From Elsinoe ampelina (lineage: Eukaryota), in assembly GCA_010093995.1 (NCBI GenBank), contig ML992505.1, positions 1,532,670 through 1,596,669 of the forward strand: 64,000 nt of DNA, in the 5' to 3' direction. Each line of letters starts with the position of its first letter. Position 1 is the first letter of the stretch. Position numbers and translations under genes: made by a program. Shown here piece by piece: positions 24,200 to 37,298 of this stretch. The notes beneath the pieces are model-generated. The model was given only the letters and a program-made list of their open reading frames with translations. It was not told the origin of the DNA and did no database searches.

Positions 24200-25260
24200 A
24201 AGCACGACTTCCTGGTCCTCCATCCCAACATGCGTCTCTTGCCGTCCTCTCTCTGCTTCCTCCCCCTCTTCTCCCTACTTTGTTTCTTGCACCTTGCCAA
24301 TTCCCAATCTTCTCCACAACTTCCCCTCGTTGCCCCCACCAACGACGACCCTCCCGCCACCAAACGCGTCGCCATCATCGGCGCCGGGCCCGCCGGTTCC
24401 TCAACTGCCTACCACCTCCGACGCTTCGCCGACCTCCACTCCATCCCAGTAAACATCACCATCTACGACCGCAACCTCACAGCCGGCGGGCGCAGCACGA
24501 CAATCCACCCCTTCTCCGACGCCTCACAACCCGCCCTCGAGCTAGGCGCCAGCATCTTCGTCTCCGTAAACCAAATCATGGTCAACGCCACACGGGACTT
24601 TGGCCTCTCGACATCACGATCCATGAGCGCGCTGAGCCGCTCCGAAGCGAAAGGCACCCCGGACCTCGGCATCTGGGACGGGGAGAAAATGGTCGTGCTC
24701 ATGCAGGACGAGAGCTCGTGGTGGGATCTCGGCAAGATCGTCTGGCGGTATGGGCTCGCGCCGTGGAAGACGATGAAGCTCATGCGGCGGACCGTGGGGA
24801 AGTTTCTGCGCATGTACGATGATGTGTTCCCCTTTTTGGATCTGGGGTCGGCGGTGGAGGATGTGGGGTTGTTGGATGTGGTGAGTGTGACGGGGAAGGG
24901 GTATATGGAGCGGTGGGAGATCAGAGGGGCGTTTGGGAGGGAGGTGGTGCAGGCGAGTACGAGGGTGAATTATGCCGTGGGGGTTGGGGAGGTTAGTGGT
25001 GTTGTGGCGATGGTTTGTATGGCGACGGAGGGGGCGATGAGTGTGGAGGGGGGGAATTGGAGGGTTTTTGAGGGAATGGTGGAGAGGTCAGGGGCGAAGC
25101 AAGGGTTGGGTATGGAGGTTGTGGGGGTGAAGGAGGGGAAGGAGGGGTGGGAGGTCAGGGCAAAGGAGGTAGAAGGTGGGAAGGAGGAGCTGGATGTGTT
25201 TGATGATGTGGTCCTGGCTGCGCCGTACCAGTTTGCGGACGTCAAGTTTGAGGGGCTGCG
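24200..25260. other. Skew-switch domain (switch ~24700)
   Basis: C-rich 24200-24680, G-rich 24720-25260, then normal composition for the rest of the same CDS. Confidence 0.85.
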
Positions 25261-25909
25261 GCATACACCAGAGGAGGTGCCGTATGTGCAGCTGCATGTC
25301 ACGCTGTTGACGAGTAAGCACAGGCTGAATCCAGAGGTGTTTGGATTCGAGAAAGGGCAGAAGGCGCCGCGAGCCATCTTGACCACCACTGCGGACGACG
25401 AGGGTGAGCAGGATCCTGGCTTCAACTCGATATCACTGCTTAGGGAGGTCATGAATCCGATGACAAAAGCACCAGAATTCGCTTACAAGATCTTCACCAT
25501 GGAACCGGTCAACAGCACTTTTCTCGGTAGGATCTTTGGACTGGGCGATCTGGCACCCAATGCGAACATCGGTAAGGACGATATCAGCTGGATATACAGA
25601 AAATTGTGGTCGAGCTATCCCTACGAATATCCTCGCGTTACCTTTGAGCAAACGAAGCTGGCCAAACGTCTCTGGTATACTGGGGGTATGGACTCCTTCA
25701 TCAGTACCATGGAGACAAACGCGTTGATGGGCAAGAACGTGGCCCAACTTATGGTAGATGAGTGGGTTGATGGCACGCCCGAGGATGAGGAGGCCTACTT
25801 TGTCTCCAGGAGCAAAGAAAAAGAAGACGCCCTTGACCATGATGACTCAGAAGACTCGGACGTCGAAGACGGTGGCGTGACCTACATTGACGACGATGAC
25901 GATGATTGA
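24230..25909 (+). CDS. Prenylcysteine oxidase/lyase (FAD-dependent, PCYOX1 family)
   Basis: Signal peptide, VAIIGAGPAGSSTAY (FAD), ELGASIFV, SVEGGNW, FISTMET.ALMGKNVA. Confidence 0.9.
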   Translation: MRLLPSSLCFLPLFSLLCFLHLANSQSSPQLPLVAPTNDDPPATKRVAIIGAGPAGSSTAYHLRRFADLHSIPVNITIYDRNLTAGGRSTTIHPFSDASQPALELGASIFVSVNQIMVNATRDFGLSTSRSMSALSRSEAKGTPDLGIWDGEKMVVLMQDESSWWDLGKIVWRYGLAPWKTMKLMRRTVGKFLRMYDDVFPFLDLGSAVEDVGLLDVVSVTGKGYMERWEIRGAFGREVVQASTRVNYAVGVGEVSGVVAMVCMATEGAMSVEGGNWRVFEGMVERSGAKQGLGMEVVGVKEGKEGWEVRAKEVEGGKEELDVFDDVVLAAPYQFADVKFEGLRHTPEEVPYVQLHVTLLTSKHRLNPEVFGFEKGQKAPRAILTTTADDEGEQDPGFNSISLLREVMNPMTKAPEFAYKIFTMEPVNSTFLGRIFGLGDLAPNANIGKDDISWIYRKLWSSYPYEYPRVTFEQTKLAKRLWYTGGMDSFISTMETNALMGKNVAQLMVDEWVDGTPEDEEAYFVSRSKEKEDALDHDDSEDSDVEDGGVTYIDDDDDD

Positions 25910-26331
25910 AGCAGAGCATCCAAGCAATAGAACCACTTCAAGCCTGCATTTATGTCCGATCGAAACAGTGAGTTTCAGCTTCCGAGATTGGGTACGATGC
26001 ATAGGCACGAAAACAACATCCAAAGTGCTCAATGAAGTCATGTCGGTGAGGTCGCGACTTGCAGCAATGAAGTCGACATTTATTAGAGAGGCAGAGGGTG
26101 ACATGACCAGAACGAATTGAAGTTGGTGAAACCGTCGAGTGCTGGGGGACCCTGCTGGGGTTTGAGCATGACTCGCGCAGAGTGCTCCCCTGACTCGATT
26201 GTTTACGTTTGTTTACGCTAGGCGAATTTGGGTAGCACATTATCGATTCGCGATGCGACAAGCCCGCCGGACTTCCCAATTTCTTTAACAACATTGCGCA
26301 GCCCTCGTCGTCTACTGGAAGGATCGTAGCA

Positions 26332-29300
26332 ATGTCGGCAGCATCATCGACACGTGCCGTGCGGCAGCGCGCCCCTCGACGGAAGATTGTGGACGACTCG
26401 GATGAGGAGAACACGGTCATGAGCACACATCACGAAGAGGACGATGAGGAGGAGTTCACACCTGCGCCAGTCAAGACGCAGCGATCACCTCGGAGAAGGA
26501 CAACAGATGCGACAAATGCGACGACAAAGACTACGACCAGGACGCGACGGACGAGGATGAGCGAATCGGTCGAGCCTTCACAAATATTCAGTCCTCCAGA
26601 GAGTGTAGCAGACCCGGAGTCTCCCACAAAACCTGCCTCTCCCCCCAAACGCCGCTCTGTCAAGACAGTGCGCGCAGCACGCAAGAGCAGAGTGTCGGCG
26701 GTCTCGGTAGCAGTATCGGAGGACGTTGATACAGAGATGACTGACGCGCTGCCTACACCTGCACCGTCCGAGAAGTCAACGCCAGAACCAGAGCCTACAC
26801 CTTCGCGGAATAGTCTCCCGCTGTCAGATATCACAGAATCAGCTGTCAACGAGCGGAATGCGTCACGAGAAGAGCCGCCTTCACTGGCAGCAGTGGAGGA
26901 GAAGACAGATCTGGAAGCCACACCCAAGAAGGCTACGCCTCCGCCAGAGATCAAGCATGTCAACAGCAAGATCACTGTCCTGGAACGACCGATGGACATT
27001 GTGATTCGGTCACGACAAGCTGCTATACCTACGACCCAAGTCTCGGATGAGCCAAAACCACGCACAGTAATCACCTACCTGATTCTCAAGAACTTCAAGT
27101 CGTATGCTGGGCGACAAGAAGTCGGACCGTTCCACGCCTCTTTCTCGTCAGTCGTGGGACCCAATGGTTCGGGCAAATCAAACGTGATTGACTCTCTGCT
27201 CTTCGTCTTTGGATTTCGCGCCTCAAAGATGCGACAGGGCAAGTTATCCGCGCTCATCCACAACTCTGCTCAGCATCCAGATCTAGACCACTGCGAGGTG
27301 GAAGTGCATTTCCAAGAAGTCATGGACTTGCCAAATGGCGCTCATGAGGTTGTGCCAGACAGCCAACTGATCATCTCCCGGCGAGCATTCAAGAACAACT
27401 CGAGTAATTACTATATCAACGGCAAGACTAGCAACTTCACCACTGTCACGACTCTGCTCAAAGACAAAGGCGTGGATCTTGACCACAAGCGCTTCCTGAT
27501 CCTTCAGGGTGAAGTCGAGAGCATTGCACAAATGAAGCCAAAAGCAATGACCGAGCACGATGATGGTCTGCTAGAGTACCTTGAAGACATCATAGGGACG
27601 AGCAAGTACAAGACGCCAATCGAAGAGTCTGCCGCAGAGACCGAGACGCTCAACGAAGTCTGCACCGAGAAGAATGGCCGCGTCCAGCACGTTGAGAAGG
27701 AAAAGAACGCGCTCGAAGACAAGAAGAACAAGGCCCTTGAGTTCATCCACAACGAGAACGACTTGGCCATGAAGCAAGCCGCCCTATACCAGATCTACAC
27801 GACCGAATGCGGTGACAACATTGCCGTGACAGAAGAGGGCATGGCAGAGCTGCAGAAGGAGCTTGGTGAAGAATTGAAGAAGCACAAGGGCAACGAAGAC
27901 GGAATCAAGCGTCTCGAGAAGGAGTACAAGAAGGGCCAGAAAGAATTCGAGGCCATGGAGAAGGAGAGCCAAACCATTCTCAAAGAGGCAGCGAAGCTGG
28001 ACAAGGAGACCGTCAAGTTCGAGGAAAAGAAGAAATTCCTCGCCACCAAAGCCAAGAAGCTTGAAAAGGCCGTCGACGCCAGTAAGTTTGGCGTGGCCGA
28101 AGCTTCGAATCTGGCACAGCGAGCGACAGACGACATCGAGCGCAACCGAGGACTGATCGAGACACTGGAGAGCGAGATGCAGGCCGAAGAGGCCGAGCTT
28201 AATCGCATTCGAGAAAGCTTGAAGGGCAAGACACAAGGTCTCTCAGACGAGATCGCGGCGAAGCAAAAGCTGCTTGAGCCTTGGAGCGCCAAGGTGGCCG
28301 ACAAGCGCAGCGCTATCGCCGTTGCCCAGAGTGAGCTCGACATCCTCCGTGAACGCGAGAATGCCGGCGCCGCCGCGATTGCTGAAGTGGAAGCCAAGAT
28401 CGCAACTCTGCAAGAGACGCAAGGGAGCAAGAGTGAAGAGCTTCAGTCCACTCACGAGGAGATCGTCGCAGCAAAGCAAGAGGTCAAGAAACTTCAAAAG
28501 GAACAAGACAAGCTTGCCGCTCGAGAGCCAGAGCTACGGTCGAAGCTGTCGTCCGCTCGGCAAAAGGCAGACGAGGCTCGCGCCAGTCTTTCCGCTACGC
28601 AGACACAAGGCAACGTGCTCAACGGACTGATGCGACTCAAAGAATCGGGCCGCATTGATGGCTTCCATGGCCGTCTAGGCAATCTCGGCACAATTGACGG
28701 CAAATTCGACGTTGCCATTTCCACTGCTTGTCCGGCGCTTGACAATCTGGTTGTGGATAGCGTGGAGATCGGACAACAATGCATCGACCACCTGCGAAAG
28801 AACAACCTTGGACGAGCGAACTTCATCCTTCTTGACCGCCTCCCGAAACGCGACCTGGGTGCTATCCAGACCCCCGAGAATGTACCTCGACTCTTCGACC
28901 TCGTCAAGCCAAAGGACAAACGTTTCGCCCCAGCCTTCTACAGCGTCATGCAAAACACCCTTGTCGCCAAGGATTTGCAGCAAGCGAATCGTATCGCCTA
29001 CGGAGCTCAACGATGGCGTGTCGTCACGCTCGAAGGCGCACTAATTGACAAGTCTGGTACCATGAGCGGAGGCGGTACGAGAGTAGCCAAGGGTGCAATG
29101 TCCAGTAAGCTTGTGGCAGACACATCCAAGGAGCAGGTGCAGAAGCTGGAGGTGGATCGGGATGCAATGGAGAAGGAGTTTGCTGGGCTGCAAGAGGCGC
29201 AGAGAAGGTTGGAAGCAGACCTCCGAGCCGCGAGCGAGAGGATACCCCAGCTTGAGACTCAAGCTCAGAAATTGGAGCTTGAGCTGGGGAGTCTTGAGAG

Positions 29301-30734
29301 GAACGTCGCTGACGCGAAGAAGAGGATCAAGGAGATTGCCGCGGAGCAGAAGCCGGCGAATGAGGACAAGGGCAGGATGGTGGAGCTGGAGAAAGGCATC
29401 GCAAAGGCGGGAAGGGAGGTGGAGAAGTTGCAGGCCGAGTCAGCGGGGATCGAGGAGGAGATCAAGGCCTTGCAGGACAAGATCATGGAGGTGGGTGGTG
29501 TGAAGTTGAGGAGCCAGAAGGCCAAGGTGGATGGGTTGAAAGAGCAAATTGACAATCGCAATGAGGAGATGAGCGGCGCTGAGGTCGCGAAGGTGAAGGC
29601 GGAGAACCAAAAGTCGAAGCAAGAGAAGGTCTTTGGTGATTCAACGAAAGAGCTGGAGAAGGTGCAAGAGGAAGCGGAGAAGGTGAATGACACCATGAAG
29701 GAGCATGCTGCTAATGCTGCCGGTATCCGGAAGGAGGCAGAGGATGCACATGAGACACTCGAGACGAAGAAGGACGAGCTGAAAGAGCTCGAAGCTGCCC
29801 TCGATGAACAGCAAGCAGAGCTGAACTCGTCCCGCGGTGTCGAGATTGAGATGAAGAACAAGATCGAGGAGAGCGTCAAGATTCTGAAGGACAACCAGCA
29901 ACGCCTTCGACACTGGCAGGACAAGCTCTCCAAGCTCTCGATGCAGAACATCTCGGACGAAGGAGAAGAGATGGATCCTCAGGCACTGCCAGAGTATTCG
30001 CGCGACGAGCTGCAAGACATGAGCAAAGATGAACTCAAGAGCCAAATCGCCAGCCTCGAAGAAGCCACCAGCCACGCCGTCGAGCTCTCCGTCCTGGCCG
30101 ACTACCGCCGCCGCGTCGCCGAGCACGCCTCCCGTACCGCCGACCTCAACGAAGCCCTCACAGCCCGCGACACGGCGAAGAAGCGTCTCGACGACCTCCG
30201 CCGTCTCCGCCTGGAAGGCTTCATGGAAGGCTTCAGCGCCATCTCCCTGCGCCTCAAGGAGATGTACCAAATGATCACCATGGGCGGCAACGCGGAGCTG
30301 GAACTCGTCGACTCCTTGGATCCATTCAGCGAGGGTATTCTCTTCTCTGTGATGCCGCCGAAGAAGTCGTGGAAGAACATCAGCAACTTGTCGGGCGGCG
30401 AGAAGACGTTGTCGTCGTTGGCGTTGGTGTTTGCGTTGCATCACTATAAGCCGACGCCGTTGTATGTCATGGATGAAATTGATGCGGCGTTGGATTTCAG
30501 GAATGTGAGCATTGTGGCGAGTTATATCAAGGAGAGGACGAAGAATGCCCAGTTCATCGTTATTAGTTTGAGGAATAACATGTTTGAGTTGGCGAGTCGG
30601 TTGGTGGGGGTGTATAAGGTTAATCATATGGTAAGTCTGGTGTTGACATGGAGTGAGAGAATGAATGCTAATACATCTGATAGACGAAGAGTGTCACCGT
30701 TGAGAACAGAGACTATATCACGAACCGAGCATGA
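26332..30734 (+). CDS. SMC4: Condensin subunit SMC4 (Cut3), 2 exons
   Basis: Walker A GPNGSGKS, FLILQGEVESI, hinge GRLGNLG, signature LSGGEK, Walker B YVMDEID. Intron 30631-30683, then TKSVTVENRDYITNRA*. Confidence 0.96.
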
Positions 30735-31187
30735 GGGTGGGAAAGAGGGTGTTTGCATGATTCGGCGCTGGAGGTATCGTTAGCGACTTTGGATGATATA
30801 CCACCCTTGAATGTACATACTCATGACTGCATTTCACGTTCCTGCATGTATTGACTGTCCCCGCGACACAAAGTGAAGTCGGGCATGTCTTGGCGTTTCC
30901 GCCGATGTGCGGGGCACGTTTGTCCAGATCTCCGCCACCGCAGCGGCGCTAGTCGCAACGACTGGCAACAGCCGTCACATGCTGGACTTCCAACTTCTCC
31001 TCGGTCAGTCAACAACACTCACCGCAAATATCTCACAGCTTGGACGCTATCTTCCTCACCACATCTAGCCACCAGTCTACCCCTTGCAAAGTCAATTGGA
31101 TCACTCAAACCGCCACACGCCCTCACCTTTCAGGCGGCATAACACCGCAGAAACACCGAGGCGGGGAAACGCCCCCCATCCTGCAAG

Positions 31188-32825
31188 ATGAGCAACACCG
31201 ATTTTCTCGGTCGGGCGATCGAGACGGTGAAGAAGGCGATAGAGATGGACACGGCGGGCGATTATGAAAAGGCATATCAGCAATATTACCAGGCTTGTAT
31301 GGAGGCGCCTGGACGAAATGAGGGGCGGAGACTGACATGTCGCAGTGGAGCTGTTCATGCTTGCGCTGAAATGTAGGAGAGGCCACCTTGAAGCACACAC
31401 GTCGTAAGGCTAATATTCACCAGGGGAGAAGAGCGCCAAGTCAAAGGAGATGATTCGGGCAAAGGCAGCAGAGTACATGGAGCGGGCAGAGAAGCTGAAG
31501 AACCACTTGGCGGAGCAAGAGAATGGGAATCGGAAAAAGCCTGCGGCGATGGGAGCTAATGGCAAGGCATCGAATGGAGCAGGCAAGGGCGCAAAGTGGG
31601 TTGTCTACCTGAGATCTACATCTGCACCACTGACCCATCAAGGGGCGAAGACGACGACGACAACGACCCCGAGTCTAAGAAGCTCCGCGGCGCCCTAGCC
31701 GGCGCCATCCTCACAGACAAGCCCAACATCAAATGGGAAGACGTAGCGGGTCTGGACCAAGCGAAAGAAGCACTGAAAGAAGCAGTCATATTACCGATCA
31801 AATTCCCCCACCTCTTCACCGGCAAACGACAACCATGGAAAGGCATCCTGCTCTACGGCCCCCCTGGTACAGGTAAGAGTTACCTCGCCAAAGCCGTCGC
31901 GACCGAAGCAAACTCCACCTTCTTCTCCGTCAGCTCCTCGGACCTCGTCAGCAAATGGATGGGAGAATCCGAACGGTACCTCCCTTTGTCCCCACTCTCT
32001 CCTCCCCACTCCTAACTCCACTTCCCAGATTAGTCAAACAACTCTTCAACATGGCCCGCGAAAACAAGCCCTCGATCATCTTCATCGACGAAATCGACGC
32101 CCTATGCGGGCCCCGAGGCGAAGGCGAATCCGAAGCCTCGCGCCGCATCAAAACCGAGCTCCTGGTCCAAATGGACGGCGTAGGCCGCGACTCCCGGGGC
32201 GTCCTCATCCTCGGCGCGACCAACATCCCCTGGCAACTCGACGCGGCCATCCGTCGCCGCTTCCAGCGCCGCGTCCATATCTCGTTGCCGGACATGCCGG
32301 CGCGGGTGAAGATGTTTGAGCTCGCTGTGGGGAGCACGCCGTGTGAGTTGAAGGGGGATGATTTTAGGACCCTGGCGCAGTTGAGTGAGGGGTATTCCGG
32401 GAGTGATATCAGTATTGCGGTGCAGGATGCGTTGATGCAGCCTGTGAGGAAGATTCAGACGGCGACGCATTACAAGAAGGTCTGACTTCCCTCCTATCCC
32501 CTGCCGCTTTCCCGCCCTTTTCCTTCCTTTGCCCCCCATCGTCCCTTCTCCCCCCCTCCCCATCCACACATGGCCTCGGGCACACAGTACTGACAGGCAA
32601 AAGGTCCAAGTCGACAACACGGAAAAACTCACCCCGTGTTCGCCGGGCGACGCAGGAGCAATGGAGATGACCTGGGTCGACGTGGAGACGGAGAAACTCC
32701 TCGAGCCGCCCCTCCAGGTCAAGGATTTCGTAAAGGCGATCAAGGCGAGTCGACCGACCGTGAGCCAGGAGGATCTGAAGCGGAGCGCCGAGTGGACGCA
32801 GGAGTTTGGGAGTGAGGGTGCGTAG
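31188..32825 (+). CDS. VPS4: AAA ATPase Vps4 (MIT + AAA + Vps4_C), 6 exons
   Basis: [14 protein letters not shown] domain, [32 protein letters not shown]. Five GT-AG introns. Confidence 0.96.
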
Positions 32826-33000
32826 AGGACGGGACGAGATCGGGAAGGGACGTAGGGAGGGGGGATTCAGGGAGTGGGAGGGAGGTGTGCAGTCGGATAG
32901 TCCGTTGGGCATGGGGAATGGGGGAGGTCCCAAGGCGATGTCCGGGCGAGAGGAGAAGGTAGCAGGGCTGCTCGACCATCGGGTAAGAGAAGTGGACGGT
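31800..33000. other. Double skew-switch domain in VPS4
   Basis: C-rich ~31800-32280, G-rich 32300-32480, C-rich 32485-32580 (intron), G-rich 32800-33000. Confidence 0.7.
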
Positions 33001-33326
33001 GATCGGGAATGACCACCATCAGACACTTGTGGTCCGAGGCTGACGGATAGAGGCATCACGCTGGGACTGCACTTGGGGATATCATGGATGAGGACGAGTG
33101 ACAAGGGCAGAGTCCTGGTGGATCAAAGCGACAGCAACTCTAGATCTTTCTTGACGAACTGAAATGCGAAAGAGCAAAACCATGGCATGTTGTCACTCTC
33201 TGCCTGCACACGTGTCTGGTGACCTGGCTGTTTGACGTAGCTCAACAAAGACATGGTATGGTGTTCCCACTCGCTTGGGTCCCAGTCTTATCATGCGGAG
33301 GCTAGAAGGCAGACCCGCTATCAATT

Positions 33327-36300
33327 TCACCTCGTCTCGCTAAAGCTATGCAAGTCATTACCCCTCCTGCTCTTCCCCATCTGTTGATCGACCTCGCCCT
33401 GCACAATGCCCACCGTCCGGACCTCTACTGGATCCTCCGCTCGCCTTCCAGCCCGTCTCACATCCTGTCGATCCACGAACTTCTCCGACTGCTCTTCTCG
33501 TCCATGTCCAATGTCCGTAAGGACGATACTGTACCCAGTCAAATCCGCTCTCAGTCCCATGATCTCCTCCCGCAGCGTCGAGATCTCGTCTCGCAGAGCT
33601 TTGCAGCACTCGCACACCCCGGATTTGACACTGGCCGTGTGTTGTCGTTCGTCAACTTGTGTTCCGTCGAGCGAGAGCCTATCCGGAGGGTGACGCCCGG
33701 GACGATAGGCGTCTTGATGCACAGATGTGTCGGCCATTTCCGAAAAGTGGCTCTTGCCGTGCGGAGTCAGATGCTGCGTCGGCGGTGTTAGATGGCCCGT
33801 CTGCTCGGGCGAGGTGTCGTCTTCGTAGTATCTGATGATGCGCAGCGGACTAGGAGTCAAGCCAGAGGACATTGACGTCCAATCGAGGCGCTCTTGCTTG
33901 CCGCTGTTTCTTGCCATAGTGTCCACGTCTCTCGTCAAAGGTACGACACTAACCTCTGATGCTCGCTTGATGGCATCAACAATCGCTTCAGTCAGGCCAT
34001 CGATTTGACCTTCTGTGAACTTTGACTTCCTGGGTACAGCTCGAGGGGACTGTACCTGCAAGTCAGTGGGTGGTGCGGCGTCGGGCTGATGCATGTCTTT
34101 CCTGCTTGACCGGCGGCGTACTATGCCATTTCTACGTTTGTCCAACAGGGGTAGCCCTTCGGACAGCGCAGCCCAATTTGTCTCGCCCTGTCTTTTGGTA
34201 GGTCGACCGGAATGGGCCATGGCATGTTGTAGCCTTCTTGACTCCTCAGCTGTGGTTCCGCTGCTCTCGAATTCTCCCGGAATATGAGTATGATCTGCTG
34301 CGGTCTTCATGGCAGGATGGAACTTTGACATAGGGCTCTTCTCTAGACCATGTGGTCTTTTCTGCGCTCGATTCTGCATCCCCTTCTTTGTCTTCTGGTC
34401 ATCGACTATGCGAGGTGAAGCAGGAGCTAGACTCGATCCTCTCGGACATAGCTGTCGGATGGCTTTCGATGGTGGACACAAGTTGCCGTTCTCGTCAAGT
34501 AAATCCCCATCCTGCCATTCAGAAGCGGTGTATGCTTCTTCACTCGTTGTGCTCATAGGAAAGTTGCCGGGCAGTCTTGGCATGCGTTCGGTGCTTGACT
34601 TCTGCTGGAAATAGTCCTCAGTTGCACCGTTCAGACTGAGTGGTCGCTTTGGGACGATCGCAGGTACCTCACTTGGCTGACCAGTCGACTTCTTCGACGC
34701 GGCATTGATATGTGTTCGCTTTCGCGAACCTTGACGTTCAGGTTGAGGTGGTGTAATCATGATCTCGGGGCCATTTGGTGGAGGCGGAGGCGGTCTGATA
34801 GGAGCAGGCAGTGGCATTTTTGCAGGGTCAGATGGCATGAAGGACGAGGAAGTAATAGCCTTCAAGGTTGTCTTTGGACGGTCTCGGCGAAGAGACTCCA
34901 GCAACCCACCAGGCTTTCGTGTCTGCGGATAGGTAGGGGTGTCGTAGTAGATGGTCTCAGGGCTGATGATACCGAGCGCGGGCTTTTTGACACTGTCCTT
35001 CCTCGGCACATTGGCTAGAAGGTCTGATTGAGCCATTGTATCAATACGACGGGTTGTTGGCTGGCCCGTTGGTAGCGTGCTTGTCGCTTTCTCGGTCTCG
35101 GAGCCTGACGTGACCCACTCCTCTGCTAGGCTGTCCGTCGATGCACCAGTCAATGTGGTAGCGTCGAATTGTCGGTCGTTGATCTTTCCAGCGCTCCGTC
35201 TTCGAAGACCACTTGCTGCCGTCCGGTTCATGTAGGCAGTGAAGGAAGGACGCTGCTGACTACGTCTCTTCGGTTTTGCTGGTGAAGGATGAGCATGCCG
35301 CCTTGTCTGCGTCGAGACCCGATCATGCGTTTGAAAGGGGATTGGAGATGTTGTAGATACTTCTGATCTGACGAGCTGTATTGAGGACTGCTCTTGATGA
35401 CTGCTATCGAGAGTGTGATCACTACTGCTTGTGATCATGTAGTCTGGTGTGATGAAGACGGTCTTGTCCTGTCTTAATCTTGTCGGCAGGTTGCGATCAG
35501 TGGCGGTCGGAGCATTCAGATACGACAGGGTTAGATTGGGGTCCAATTCGGCTGGTTCAGAAGCCTGGCTGGAAGTGCTGACATGGGAGGAATATTGGTT
35601 CGCAACATCATAGTAGCCCTGTCGGTCGACAAAGGTATTGCTGCGTATTCTAGGCCGAGGCGGCGATCTCATCGGACTGTGTGCATCGTACCTTCGTTGA
35701 CCATCGCTCCTCCCTTGCCTGCCAGGTGAAAAGAAATCAGCAAAATCGCGGCCACCTCCCACCTGGAGACGAGCTGGCTGGTCAGAAGATGGTGGGCTGT
35801 GAACGACTGTGCCTGCAATATCGTGATCGTACAGTTCTCCAATTTCCTCCCTACTGCTCCTGGTCTCCGGCATTGTAAGAGCAGCCACAACTCCCGAGCT
35901 CCTTCTCTTGGACGGTCTTCGCGGAATGATGTCTGCGGCGGTGTCGCTTTGCTTCGGTGGTGGAACGTTCTCAATTTCCTCTCCAGACTCCGTCATGAAT
36001 ACAGATTCGTGCTTCAGTCGGCGGGGTACCATGTCAAACTCCCCAATGGCGTTTGGCGTTACACCTTGAACCCACTCCAGACCGATGATGGGAGAGTCGA
36101 CATCCACAGCTGTGTCATGTATCTGTCCACCAAGAGTATCGTAGAGGACGACCCTTCCTCGGTCCATGCCCACCGCTATGACGCAGCTACCTTCGGACCG
36201 CTAGTCCTTCTGCTGCTCTCGCTGCGAGTTCGGCTGATCTGTCTTGACCCTGGATGGCCCGATCACCTTGCGGCTTTGCAGGACAGCTACAGAGGTGGCA

Positions 36301-37298
36301 TGAGCATGAAGGTTCCATGACTGAAGAATCACCCCATTGTTGGTAAAGTCGACAACGTGGCATTGACCATCACCTCCTACGCTCACTGCCGTTGAAAGAG
36401 TGCCTGGTACGAAGGCAGCTGCAGAGACTCCAACACCACGATCGTGTACCGAAGACTCTGACTGATCATACTCGCTGGTTGTGTAGCTGTAGCCTGACCC
36501 TACCGAGCTTTTATTCGTACTCCGATGCAACCGCTTAAATGAAGAGATTTCTCCTGCCTGACCCTCCATGTCCAGTGAAGAGTTGACGTCCATCCTAACT
36601 CCGTTCTTCCTTGCCATCTTCGTTGCATTGTATGCTGCAAGTGTCCCGTCCTTGAATCCAAGCAAGAAGACGTCTGGCCGGTCAGGATGAAAAGCTGCCA
36701 CGACAACAGGCGTGGTGCTCACACTCGGTTCAAGCTTGTGCGCAGGTGTACCAAGATTGACGTTCTGGATGTAGGTAACGGGCGGATTCTCGGATGCGCT
36801 GATCAGGAGTTGAGCATTTGCATTGACAGCGAGAACGGTCGGAGGAGAAGGATGCTCCTCGCCAGGTCGAGACATGCGTGCTTCCCGGACCGAGTAGCAT
36901 TGGATGGCACCGGCTAGAGTGGTGCTGAGGAAGAGTGACTTTGCATCTGACGTGTACTCCAGAAGTCGAGAATGACCTTCGGGACTGTTCAAACCCCAAC
37001 TCTCTTCTCTGTTCCGTTTACAGTCATGCAGAACAACGACTTGGCTATTAGCTACTGCTAGGACCTGGCTGCCATCTTTGCTTGCTTTGGCTGCGAGAAT
37101 TCCTTGTCGGGACGAACTGAAGATCTTGTGTACTCCTAGGGTATCCCAGGCATGGATTGCTCCAGGAGTGGTGATCAGTAGGTGGTTGTTATGAGGTATT
37201 CGGTAGATTGACTTGGTTGCTTGACTTTGCTTGCGGTGTTTCGAGTTTGATGAGCTGATGCTGGGATGTATTCGTTGCGGTCTCGAAGACACTGGCAT
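33327..37298 (-). CDS. WD40-repeat protein with long disordered tail and C-terminal coiled coil; single in-frame TAG at 36203-36201
   Basis: ORFs 36201..37298 and 33327..36173 are in the same frame: ...QQKD*RSEGSCVIAVGMDRGRVVLYD continues a WD40 blade. WD-like motifs AAFHPDRPDVFLLGFKDGTLAAY and AVSVGGDGQCHVVDF. Confidence 0.75.

Noticed and set aside
21197..36203. Genome-wide reassignment of TAG to an amino acid
   Set aside because: Conserved genes here (PGDH, MAM33, PSE1, VPS4, esterase, sugar transporter) end at TAG at their expected C-termini, so TAG is a normal stop.
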